Shown: positions 8,959-17,448 of the stretch, piece after piece
Numbering within the stretch: position 1 is the first letter of the stretch
Layout of the letters: each line of letters begins with the position of its first letter
From: Deltaproteobacteria bacterium
GTDB taxonomy: Bacteria > Myxococcota_A > Polyangia > Fen-1088
Assembly: GCA_033763315.1 (NCBI GenBank)
Contig: JANRKS010000034.1
Coordinates: 320,355-384,354, forward strand
Length of the DNA: 64,000 bases
Direction: 5' to 3'
Position numbers and translations under genes: made by a program
Notes under the pieces: model-generated
Seen by the model: only the letters and a program-made list of their open reading frames with translations
Told to the model about the DNA's origin: nothing
Databases searched by the model: none

Positions 8959-11406
8959 TCAAAGCGCCAACGGGGCGCCATCATGTCCCACCGGCAGCTT
9001 CCAACCGTTCTTCGCTCGCGCGACCAGCCTGCGTTCGGTGGCGTCGAGCTGGAACAGGTGCAGCCACTCGTTCTGCACCAGCTCTTTGATTTTTGGATGC
9101 CTCTGCAGCACGGCGTCGATGGCCGCTTGGGAGGCCTCAATGAAAACAGCGAGGCGCACCGGCGTGTGCACCCAACGCTCGCCATCGTGGAGGGACTGAA
9201 GTGACAGGCCGATGCGTAAATCGCCGCCGTTGCCTTCAAGCACGCCCACGTGTCCGCCCACAATGTTGTGAAGCACCTTATCGCCGCAGCCATAGCGTGC
9301 GTTGTCGACCGTGGATGCGTAATACTGAAAGTTGATCCAATGGGCAACCACCATGGGCCCGGTCATGATGGACTCAAGGACTGCGTGGTCTTTGTCGTCG
9401 GAGAATCGGTAGTCATGCAGAAAGGCACGTCCTTCAAGATCCACACCCCGGGTTCGCTCGCGTGGCGCGATGATCAGGCACGCGTTGCCTGCCAAGCCCC
9501 ACTCAGGACGCACTTCAGCCCAGTTGCGCGCACGCTGAACCGCAGCCGCCTGCAGTTTTGCGTCTGAAAGGGCGGACAATCCGTGCCGCGCCGCCCGCTC
9601 ACGGCGTGTGGCGACGCTGGCCCGACGAAGCAGCGTTCTTACTTCCATCAGATCGTGCACCGTCGACGCGTGATGTTCGGGCAAGAGCGTCACCTCGTCG
9701 GTGGTCGTGTTGTGCAAAGCCGCAACGAACAACGTGGCCGATGGTATTGATATGTCACGCAGCTGAAGGGCCGCGCGAACGTCGGCGTCGTTGAGCAACG
9801 CTGCCGCAGCCCGAGCGTTCACGTCGCCCCTTTGGCCACAACACGCGCCGCAATCGAGGCCCGCGGCGTGCGCGTTGTTTTGCGTCTCACTTCCATGTGC
9901 CACGAGAAGAACAAGGGGAGAAAAATTGCTTGTGAGCCCTATGGAGCGCAAAAAGTTCTCAGCCAATGGGGCACACTCTTGCGTCGAGACGGCCGTGCCG
10001 TCGACGTGGCTTGTGATCCGCGGCATACGCGTTTTGTTTTCGGCCGCCGTAAGCCCCGCATCATCATGATGCGGCGTCGGTTGATCTTTTTTGCCGAAGG
10101 CGTCGTGATAAAGATTGCCCACGAAAAACAGCCCCATTGAATCCACAAACGCCAAACTTGAAAGCGAGCTCGATTTAAAGGCCTTCCACGCGTTGGCAGC
10201 GCCCAGACGATCCCGTCTGGTTTTCTCAAGATCCGGCGCCACACGTGTATCTGTCACGCGGTACTTCGGGGCCAAAATGCCAGGGAGCTGCGGGCGCGCG
10301 TGCGTGGCGCCGATCTGCAAGTATTCGATGGGCAGGCCGAAAAATCCGGCGGCTCCGAAGGTTTGTATGTCTTCCGCCTCGGCTTCCAACGCACGTCTGA
10401 ACACCTCCGAGCGTACGTCAATGCAAAATGCCGCTTGCAACCTGGGCCGTGTCGCAGGTCGTTGCGCACTGAGGCCTTGCAGCAGGCCCGGCCGCACACG
10501 CGATAGCCATGCCAGCTCAAGCGCGCGCTGAAGAATCCAATCTTCGGAACGCGCCAGCTGCGCCGCGCGGTCGATGGCAGGCCAACTTGCCATCGCAAAT
10601 CGCCATTCTGCCGCGATCGCTTCGTCACTCGACTTGAGCAACAGCCACTCCCAGGCCAGCCGAATCGCCAAAAGCTCTCGGATATGAACATCGTCGCTGC
10701 CAGCGATCCGAGCGCTCCAGCGTAGGTAGGCACACCATGAGGCCCAGCCATTGACGTCAAGCAGAAGTGCTGAAAAATACCGTTCGCGCTCCTTGAAGGA
10801 AACCCCGAGCTCCGCAAAGCCGAGCTCCAACATTTCGTCAGGTTGCTTGGGTAAAGAGTCAAGCGCCGTTCGATACCCATGCAGATCCATGAAGAGCGCC
10901 GGCATGTGATCATGCTTGGCTTGGTTCAGCCATGTGGCGTAAAGACCATTGGATCGAGGCACACTTACTTGCGCTTGACCGTCATCAAAATAGGACGCAC
11001 ACAGCCGGCTGACTCGTTCCATGACGAAGTCACGCCACGAAAGCTCGTGTTCGCTGCGCCGCAAAGTCTCAAGCACGTCGACCACCAGGGGGCGCCGGTG
11101 CGACGTAGGCTCGCGGATCCAGAAGCTGGCCAAAACATCTTCCTCGGTGATCTTCGCACCGCTTTCTTCGATGGCTTCGCGTAGATGCTCCGAGCGAAGC
11201 CTTCCTGCGCGCCACTCCTCGGCATACCAGGCGCGAGGCATCAACAAGCGCCCGCCCGAAAGTGCGGCAAGATCCCCGGCCACTTCTTGCAACGGTTTAT
11301 GTGTACGCGGCCAAAACGGATTGACGGCGATAAATCGGTCAAGGGGCCACGATGGGGCGATGCTTGCGCACGCGCGCTCTACGGCTTCGTGAAGTTCGGT
11401 ATTCAT
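8959..11406 (-). CDS. dabA: Inorganic carbon transporter subunit DabA (DUF2309/YbcC)
   Basis: PSWPLDRFIAVNPF, FCIDVRSE, GFFGLP, HGS..N.H..GLDCGAC, HNTTTD, RPEWGLA, GRAFLHDY; ATGA coupling to dabB. Confidence 0.93.
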   Translation of the reverse strand: MNTELHEAVERACASIAPSWPLDRFIAVNPFWPRTHKPLQEVAGDLAALSGGRLLMPRAWYAEEWRAGRLRSEHLREAIEESGAKITEEDVLASFWIREPTSHRRPLVVDVLETLRRSEHELSWRDFVMERVSRLCASYFDDGQAQVSVPRSNGLYATWLNQAKHDHMPALFMDLHGYRTALDSLPKQPDEMLELGFAELGVSFKERERYFSALLLDVNGWASWCAYLRWSARIAGSDDVHIRELLAIRLAWEWLLLKSSDEAIAAEWRFAMASWPAIDRAAQLARSEDWILQRALELAWLSRVRPGLLQGLSAQRPATRPRLQAAFCIDVRSEVFRRALEAEAEDIQTFGAAGFFGLPIEYLQIGATHARPQLPGILAPKYRVTDTRVAPDLEKTRRDRLGAANAWKAFKSSSLSSLAFVDSMGLFFVGNLYHDAFGKKDQPTPHHDDAGLTAAENKTRMPRITSHVDGTAVSTQECAPLAENFLRSIGLTSNFSPLVLLVAHGSETQNNAHAAGLDCGACCGQRGDVNARAAAALLNDADVRAALQLRDISIPSATLFVAALHNTTTDEVTLLPEHHASTVHDLMEVRTLLRRASVATRRERAARHGLSALSDAKLQAAAVQRARNWAEVRPEWGLAGNACLIIAPRERTRGVDLEGRAFLHDYRFSDDKDHAVLESIMTGPMVVAHWINFQYYASTVDNARYGCGDKVLHNIVGGHVGVLEGNGGDLRIGLSLQSLHDGERWVHTPVRLAVFIEASQAAIDAVLQRHPKIKELVQNEWLHLFQLDATERRLVARAKNGWKLPVGHDGAPLAL

Positions 11407-12974
11407 TGTCGCAAGCCGGGAGGCCACAATCGAAACGTCACACGCGTGAACCAGTCATCAATGTAAAGGCCGCTCACCAGATGCGGTTGCAGCCAGCGCG
11501 AGAACCATCCGTTCGGGCGGGTTTGCAAAAGTGATTGAGCCACATAAAGGGCAAGCAGCCCGCAGACGACAATGGTCCATTTCGTGGTCGATGCCTCCAT
11601 TCCCGCGTTGATTTGCGGAGCCAAAGACTCAAACAGGATGTGCCAGCCGAAATAGGCAGCCGAGGCGCCCAACGTGAATAGGGCGGCGATGCTGAAGGTG
11701 CGTCTTCCGCCGGCGATGGCGCGCCCGAACATGGGTGCGAAGCTTAGACCCAGCAAAAGCACAAGTGGGCCCATGGCTTCGGGAAGGCGCTCCACGGGTA
11801 GCACTGTTTCAAAATAGAAGGGGGCGGCCGGAATGCAGACCAAGATCGTGGCAGCAAAGAGGTGCCATATTCGCATGCGGGGATGGTGCAGAATGTGGCT
11901 TGCCCGCCACTGTTGCACGATCGAACCGGAACTCAAGAATGTATGAGCCTTGTAAACCGAATGTGCCAATAGGTGCAAAAGCGCCAGATGCCACGCGCCC
12001 AGCCCGCATTGAACAAGCATGAAACCCATCTGCCCAATCGTGGACCAGGCAAGGACACCCTTGATGGCCACACGTGTGGTCATCACCAACGCCGCCGTGA
12101 TCGTGGTGAACAGACCCACGCCCAAAAGGATGCTTTGTGCCACGTAGGCGTGTGCCATCAGCGGAGACAAGCGGATCATCACGAACCCTCCGATGTTAAC
12201 GACCCCCGCATGCAACAGCGCCGACACCGGCGTGGGCGCCTCCATCACAGCCTGCATCCAACCGTGAAATGGAATCTGTGCGGTCTTCAGCAGAACACCG
12301 AAAACGAGCAGGCAGGTCGCAAGATGCAGCGTGGGAGGCAGCGTTGCGCTCGAACGCGCCAAATCGTTGACAACATCGATGCGCAGCGATCCGAAGGCGC
12401 CGCCGATGATCAAAATTGAGGAGACGAAGCAGGCGTCGGCGAGCCGGCTCAACAGAAATTTCTTGTGGGCCACGATTATGGCTTGGCGCCGTGTCCGGAA
12501 GAACGTGAGCAGCGAATGCAGCCCGACGTCCGTGGCAAACCAAGCCACCACGAGCACGGCCAGGTGGTTCGACGTCACAAGCACGCTTACTGATGCCACT
12601 GTGAGCAACAAGGAACGAGCAAACCGATCAAGCTCACGCTGGCCTGCCAGGTAGGTGCGCGAATAGCGAACAACCACAAGGGCAAGCGTGGAGACCAGCA
12701 CAAACATCGCACTTGAAACCAAGTCGAGCTGAAGCACGTCGTTCATAACGGACGCAGTCGCGCGCGTGCGGGCGTCGAACCCCAGCCATGACAGCACGGG
12801 CCGAAGCGCGACGGCAAGGTAGGTGACCCCTGCGGTGGCGGTCGTGGTGACCATGGCGACCGTCAAAAAGCGATTTTGCTGACGTGACACCATGAACGCC
12901 GCAATGAAAAGGCTCGTGGGCACCAGTGCAGCAAGAAACAGGGGCAACAGGGAAAGCAGCTCACCGCTCGTCAT
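11403..12974 (-). CDS. dabB: Inorganic carbon transporter membrane subunit DabB (NuoL-like proton-conducting transporter)
   Basis: Multi-TM protein; AHKKFL.SRLAD, KTAQIPFHGW, MEAPTPVSALLHAGVVN, WSTIGQMGFML, HLLAHSVYKAH.FL; directly upstream of dabA. Confidence 0.9.
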   Translation of the reverse strand: MTSGELLSLLPLFLAALVPTSLFIAAFMVSRQQNRFLTVAMVTTTATAGVTYLAVALRPVLSWLGFDARTRATASVMNDVLQLDLVSSAMFVLVSTLALVVVRYSRTYLAGQRELDRFARSLLLTVASVSVLVTSNHLAVLVVAWFATDVGLHSLLTFFRTRRQAIIVAHKKFLLSRLADACFVSSILIIGGAFGSLRIDVVNDLARSSATLPPTLHLATCLLVFGVLLKTAQIPFHGWMQAVMEAPTPVSALLHAGVVNIGGFVMIRLSPLMAHAYVAQSILLGVGLFTTITAALVMTTRVAIKGVLAWSTIGQMGFMLVQCGLGAWHLALLHLLAHSVYKAHTFLSSGSIVQQWRASHILHHPRMRIWHLFAATILVCIPAAPFYFETVLPVERLPEAMGPLVLLLGLSFAPMFGRAIAGGRRTFSIAALFTLGASAAYFGWHILFESLAPQINAGMEASTTKWTIVVCGLLALYVAQSLLQTRPNGWFSRWLQPHLVSGLYIDDWFTRVTFRLWPPGLRQ

Positions 12975-13210
12975 GCTGTGCAGCTTTTACCATGGCGGCG
13001 CGTTTTAGGCGCTAGGGGATAACGCTGGAAGGCCGTGCCCTCTCTCTTCGCCAAATTGTAGCGAACCATTAACGCGCCGCCTCGCCTGTAGGCCGAGGCA
13101 AAATGACGTTGTTGATGGACCCAAAACAATCTTGCGAGCCCCGCTGAGCCACCGGGACGCTATCGCCAAAGGGGCGCGACAATTGGCCCGCCGTTTGGCT
13201 CCTCGCGGCT

Positions 13211-15610
13211 GTGCGTATACGATGGCGGAGGAGGGCAGGAGTGGACATCATGGTTTCAGCTGGGGATCCGAGATGGTCGGACGGGGTCCTTCGATTCCTC
13301 AATTCAATGTCGGAGCTGGTGGCGTGTTTTGAGACGGACGGTCGGGCGGTGTTCGTAAACACGGCCCTTGGCGAGTTTCTCGGTGTCCATGGGACGTCCC
13401 TGGTGAACCAAAGCCTGCGGTCATGGCTACGACTTGCACAAGACGAAGCTCTTTTAGACGCCTTTGCCCGCATTGTAGCCTCAGACGAAAACCAATCCCT
13501 CGACACCTTCGACGAGCCATCTCAACGGTGGTACGCCATCGTTTTGTCAAAGGTTGATTCGCTAATCTGGCTTCGGGCGCGCGATGTAACCGATGAAAAA
13601 CGAGCGATCGCAAGGCTGAGAATCCTTTCAGAGGCCTCAAAGGAATTTTCGCAAGCGATGAGCGAGGGACAGAAACCATTTCAAGTGATCGCTCGCCACG
13701 TCGCTGAACTGTTGCGCGACTTCTGTGTCATCCGGCTTCGCTCTTCAGACGGCACCAGGTTCGAGGCGCCCGTAGGCAAATGGGACGTCGACGAACACTA
13801 CCGAGCGATATTAGATCAGCTGCCCGCCGTGGGGGCCGACCAGTCGATTGGCCGCGAGGTGATTGATGGCATGAGGTCGCTGGTCTTGACTGATCTGACC
13901 GCAGATTCTGCGGCACTTCGTCTTGCGCCTTTGTCTCACAGGCAGGTGGCCACAAGTCTCGGGGTTCACAGCATTATGGTAGTGCCCCTTCGCACACAAG
14001 ACCAGGTGCTGGGGGTGATCAGTGTGGCTCGCCGGAACACGGGTACACGCGCCGCTTTGAACGCTGACGATCTGGCGCTGCTGGAAGAATTGGCAAGCCG
14101 TGCGGCCCTCGTTGCCCATCAATGGCAAGCTTTGCATCTCTTGGAAACAGCGCGCCGCCGGTTGACAGCCGTCAGCGATTCTCTGCCTGTGCTTGTTTGC
14201 TTGATTGGGGACGACTTGAGGTATCGCTTCGTTAACGCCACCTATGAAAAGTGGTTTGGCATTGGCAAGTCAGAGATCGTGGGCAAGTCGATGCAAGAAG
14301 TGCTGGGGCAGCAAGCGTTCAGTCGGCTGCAAGACTACGTAAACGAAGCGCTGTCCGGTCGGTCCGTCACCTTCGAGCAGCGGGTGGAATACCAGGCGGG
14401 CGGCGAGCGAGTCATCCGCGCTACGTACCTGCCCTTTGAAGTTCAGCCTGGCGTCTATCAGGGATTTGTGGGGCTTGTCGAGGACATCAGCGAGCGTTCG
14501 AGAATGGACGAGGCGCTCGTTCGCTGGGAGCAGCTTTTTCAACATGCGGGTTGGGGGATTGTGATGACGAGGTTCGATACGGGTGAAGTTGTGGCGCTGA
14601 ACGCTGCTTTCGCGCGAATGCACGGTTATGGGGTGGAAGAGCTTATCGGCACCAATCTTTTTGATGTCCTCACACCGCCGACTCGGAAGAAACTCGAAGT
14701 GGGGGGCGGCCCCGGCGATCCTGAACACTATCAGTTCGAGTCTGAAAACATCAGAAAGGATGGCAGCCACTTCGCCTGCTTAGCCGACGTGGTGGTGTTC
14801 AAAGACAAGGAAGGCACAGCCATCTACCGCGCGGCCAATTTTCAGAACATTACCGAAAGTAAGCAACTGGAAGACGATTTGCGTGCCGCCATCCGGGCGC
14901 GCGACGAGTTTCTGTCAATCGCCGCACACGAGTTCCGTACCCCCTTGACGGCCTTGCAACTGCAGTTGTCTGCGTTGCAGCGCGATCCGGTGCTAGGGCA
15001 ACAAGAGGGCCTAAAGCGCGTCAATGATCGTGTTTCCAAAGCTGTTCGTCAGGTGGGCCGCTTGACAAGCCTCATCGATAGTCTTCTGACTTTCTCAATT
15101 TTTGATGAAGAAAAGGGCCTTGAATCGCCTGAAGATTTTGATCTCGCCGTGCTCATGCGCGAGGTGGTTGAGCGCCTTGACGAAACGGCGCTTAAAGTCG
15201 GTACGAAGATCTTACTAACGATGGATAATCCAATCACAGTGCACTGGGAACGTTCGCGAATGGATCAGGCTATTACGAACGTACTCTCAAATGCCATCAA
15301 GTATGGTGCCGGCAGGCCTGTGCGCATCCAGATCGCGTGTGAAGCCGACGGTGCAAGCGTTGTCATTGGCGTGCAAGACGAGGGCATCGGCATTGGTGCC
15401 GAAGACTCTAAGCGGATCTTCGGGCGTTTCGAGCGCGCTGTATCCACCAATCATTATGGTGGATTTGGTCTTGGCCTCTACATTGCCAACAAAGCGATCG
15501 TTGACCACGGCGGCACCATCACCGTGGACAGCGAGCCCGGCGCCGGTTCAACATTTACAATCCGGTTGCCCCGCGTGGCGAAGTCGCCAACTACGTTGGA
15601 AAGGGCGTAG
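13211..15610 (+). CDS. Multi-sensor histidine kinase (PAS-GAF-PAS-PAS-HisKA-HATPase)
   Basis: PAS motifs (FVN...), GAF (HSIMVVPL...LGVI...LLEELASRAA), RARDEFLSIAAHEFRTPL, NVLSNAIKY, DEGIGI, GFGLGL. Start may be ATG 13250. Confidence 0.9.
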   Translation: MRIRWRRRAGVDIMVSAGDPRWSDGVLRFLNSMSELVACFETDGRAVFVNTALGEFLGVHGTSLVNQSLRSWLRLAQDEALLDAFARIVASDENQSLDTFDEPSQRWYAIVLSKVDSLIWLRARDVTDEKRAIARLRILSEASKEFSQAMSEGQKPFQVIARHVAELLRDFCVIRLRSSDGTRFEAPVGKWDVDEHYRAILDQLPAVGADQSIGREVIDGMRSLVLTDLTADSAALRLAPLSHRQVATSLGVHSIMVVPLRTQDQVLGVISVARRNTGTRAALNADDLALLEELASRAALVAHQWQALHLLETARRRLTAVSDSLPVLVCLIGDDLRYRFVNATYEKWFGIGKSEIVGKSMQEVLGQQAFSRLQDYVNEALSGRSVTFEQRVEYQAGGERVIRATYLPFEVQPGVYQGFVGLVEDISERSRMDEALVRWEQLFQHAGWGIVMTRFDTGEVVALNAAFARMHGYGVEELIGTNLFDVLTPPTRKKLEVGGGPGDPEHYQFESENIRKDGSHFACLADVVVFKDKEGTAIYRAANFQNITESKQLEDDLRAAIRARDEFLSIAAHEFRTPLTALQLQLSALQRDPVLGQQEGLKRVNDRVSKAVRQVGRLTSLIDSLLTFSIFDEEKGLESPEDFDLAVLMREVVERLDETALKVGTKILLTMDNPITVHWERSRMDQAITNVLSNAIKYGAGRPVRIQIACEADGASVVIGVQDEGIGIGAEDSKRIFGRFERAVSTNHYGGFGLGLYIANKAIVDHGGTITVDSEPGAGSTFTIRLPRVAKSPTTLERA

Positions 15611-15805
15611 AGCCCGATGTAAAGAGCGTCGTCCGCTCGACCAAGCGCGAGCGCGGAGACGCCGTGAAGGAGGGCGCCGAGTTGCGCCGATGCGTCGAAT
15701 GTGCCTCCGGGGTTTGGCAGTTGGCCGACGCCGGGCGCGGGGGCGAGGCTCGGTCAAGTGATAGCCCAGCTTGAGCGGAGGCTCGGTGAGCGGCATCGGG
15801 GCACT

Positions 15806-15845
15806 TGTCGCCGCTCGCGCAACAGGTGTTGTGTCCCGCACAACA
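15806..15845 (+). promoter_or_regulatory. Tandem 19-bp palindromes, candidate enhancer (UAS) for a sigma54 activator
   Basis: TGTCGC-N7-GCAACA (15806-15824) and TGTTGTG-N5-CACAACA (15827-15845), 21 bp apart and 65-100 bp upstream of a -24/-12 element. Confidence 0.55.
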
Positions 15846-15908
15846 GTGACAACGCAACTCGTGAGTCAAATCTCAACGGAATCGCGGCCGCCGTGACTCG
15901 GCCATGTC

Positions 15909-15924
15909 TGGCACGGCCCCTGCA
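15909..15924 (+). promoter_or_regulatory. Sigma54 (-24/-12) promoter
   Basis: TGGCACGGCCCCTGCA: GG-N10-GC spacing, one mismatch to TGGCACG-N4-TTGC. Predicted TSS about 15935, just before the riboswitch. Confidence 0.7.
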
Positions 15925-15942
15925 TAAGGGAAGAACAAGGGA

Positions 15943-16030
15943 ATTTTCCCGAAAAACGGCAAACCGCGGGCGACCGCGCGACGCAAAGCCGACGGGGCTC
16001 ACTGAGCTGGCCGGGTTTCCGAAGGAGAAA
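15943..16030 (+). ncRNA. c-di-GMP-I (GEMM-I) riboswitch
   Basis: GGCAAAC-CGCGG-GCGA(GNRA)-CCGCG-CGACGCAAAGCC...GGCCGGGTTTCCGA follows the GEMM-I pattern (GGCAAACC..GNRA..GGGACGCAAAGC...GGGTTACCGA); sits in the 5' UTR of the gene at 16035. Confidence 0.85.
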
Positions 16031-16034
16031 TCAA

Positions 16035-17381
16035 ATGACGACGCGAGCGCTTTGGCATTCACTTGGATTCTTGGTGGTGGGAGGCGTTGTCGGGTGCGGC
16101 GCGGCAGGGAACGAGGGTACATCTCTGCTGCAAGACGACCCCGTTACACAGGGGATTACGTCTGAGAACGGCCTGTCAGCGATCAATGGTCTATCGGCCA
16201 TCAATGGCCTGGTGGCCTCGAACGGTTTGATGACGGCCAATGGCCTTTCAACCATCAACGGCCTTTCAACCATCAACGGCTTGATGGCCTCCAATGGCTT
16301 GATGACCTCGAACGGTGGTCGCTCGACCGTTGAGTACATGGCGAAATGCGCGCTGTCTAACGGCGACTACATCGACAAGCAAGACCAAAACGGCACCTGG
16401 TACCGGTATCACGGAAAGCTGGGCATTGGCACGGGTTGGAAAGGCGGAGCGTGCGATACGGCGTGCCAAGAGCGTATCAGCGCTTGCATGATGGCGCACA
16501 TGAACAGCACGGGTAACCACGTGCCCATCTTCATCAACGGCGATCCGAATGTGATGCCTTCAGTGGGCATGAGCATGCCGTACCAAGCGGGCAGCGATGC
16601 TGCCATCATGGAAGGCGTGTTCATGGGCAACATGTTGACGCAAAATCCTCCGAAAGCCTTCTATGTAAAGGGTGATGGCTTCAAGGCGAGCATTCCAGGC
16701 CGGCTCGGCGCCAGCTCGTCGAACCCCTACACCGCATGGACGGGTTACCGGCCTGATGACTCACGCTTCTTCTCGGGTGTTGCAGACGCGCTTTGTTACC
16801 GCATGGGTGTTGGCGACGGGGAACACGAGTCTTATAGAAACTGCGGCCGCTCAGATTACGCCTACGGCCCGTACACGACGACTTGGAACTCCGTGCTCAC
16901 CACGTATGTCAACCGGAACTACAACAGCACTGTTAACCAAGACTATGTTGAACGAACGCTGAACTTTGAGGGTGAAAGCATAGGAAACAAAACGTTTAGT
17001 AAGTCGGACATCTGGACGACAGCCTACAACTTCGAGTTTCAAGATACGGTGAGCGGCTACGCAACGGGCATCGTCGGCGTAGAAAACAGCGCGAACAGCA
17101 AGCGTCTTTGCACCGCCAACGTCGATCACATTGTGATTACGAAGAACACAGGAGAGCCCTTTTCAGTTAAGAGCCTCAACATTAACGATCAGTACGGCAG
17201 CGGCAACGGGCGCGGCGTGAAGATCACCGGCTACGTACGTGGCAGCACCACACCCCGCACCACCACTGTCTACTTAAATGGCGTGGTTCCCACCACCCTC
17301 AACTGGGACAATCTGATCAAAGTTGAGATCAAATCCTATGGCGGTTGCACCTGCATCGACGACTTAGTCGTAAAAACATAA
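16035..17381 (+). CDS. Lipoprotein with NGL hexapeptide repeats, Cys-rich core and C-terminal beta-sandwich-like domain
   Basis: AAGGAG RBS; lipobox VVGC; nine NG(L)xxx units; YMAKCAL, G.LGIG..W, CQERISACMMAH.N..G.HV motifs. Confidence 0.8.
   Translation: MTTRALWHSLGFLVVGGVVGCGAAGNEGTSLLQDDPVTQGITSENGLSAINGLSAINGLVASNGLMTANGLSTINGLSTINGLMASNGLMTSNGGRSTVEYMAKCALSNGDYIDKQDQNGTWYRYHGKLGIGTGWKGGACDTACQERISACMMAHMNSTGNHVPIFINGDPNVMPSVGMSMPYQAGSDAAIMEGVFMGNMLTQNPPKAFYVKGDGFKASIPGRLGASSSNPYTAWTGYRPDDSRFFSGVADALCYRMGVGDGEHESYRNCGRSDYAYGPYTTTWNSVLTTYVNRNYNSTVNQDYVERTLNFEGESIGNKTFSKSDIWTTAYNFEFQDTVSGYATGIVGVENSANSKRLCTANVDHIVITKNTGEPFSVKSLNINDQYGSGNGRGVKITGYVRGSTTPRTTTVYLNGVVPTTLNWDNLIKVEIKSYGGCTCIDDLVVKT
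16167..16319 (+). repeat. Degenerate 18-bp coding tandem repeat (9 units, NGLxxx)
   Basis: AAYGGY codon pairs recur every 18 bp from 16167 to 16311; near-identical units AAYGGCCTTTCAACCATC. Confidence 0.9.
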
Positions 17382-17391
17382 AGGGTTGTTT

Positions 17392-17435
17392 CACAAAACC
17401 AGCGGGGTCTTCACGGGCCCCGTTTGGCTTTTGTG
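17392..17435. terminator. Probable bidirectional intrinsic terminator
   Basis: CACAAAA-CCAG-CGGGGTC-loop-GGCCCCG-TTTGG-CTTTTGTG hairpin with A/T tails between convergent genes. Confidence 0.7.
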
Positions 17436-17448
17436 GCAAGCGCTCAAA

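Noticed and set aside
11403-12974. NuoL / complex I or Mrp antiporter subunit
   Set aside because: No other nuo or mrp genes; coupled to DUF2309, which defines DabB.
15943-16030. 3',3'-cGAMP (GEMM-Ib) assignment of the riboswitch
   Set aside because: The discriminator position equivalent to Vc2 G20 is G, not A, so c-di-GMP is favoured. Not excluded without probing.
16167-16319. 18-bp periodic repeat as a CRISPR array
   Set aside because: No spacers, variation concentrated at codon level, in frame within a CDS, and no cas genes.
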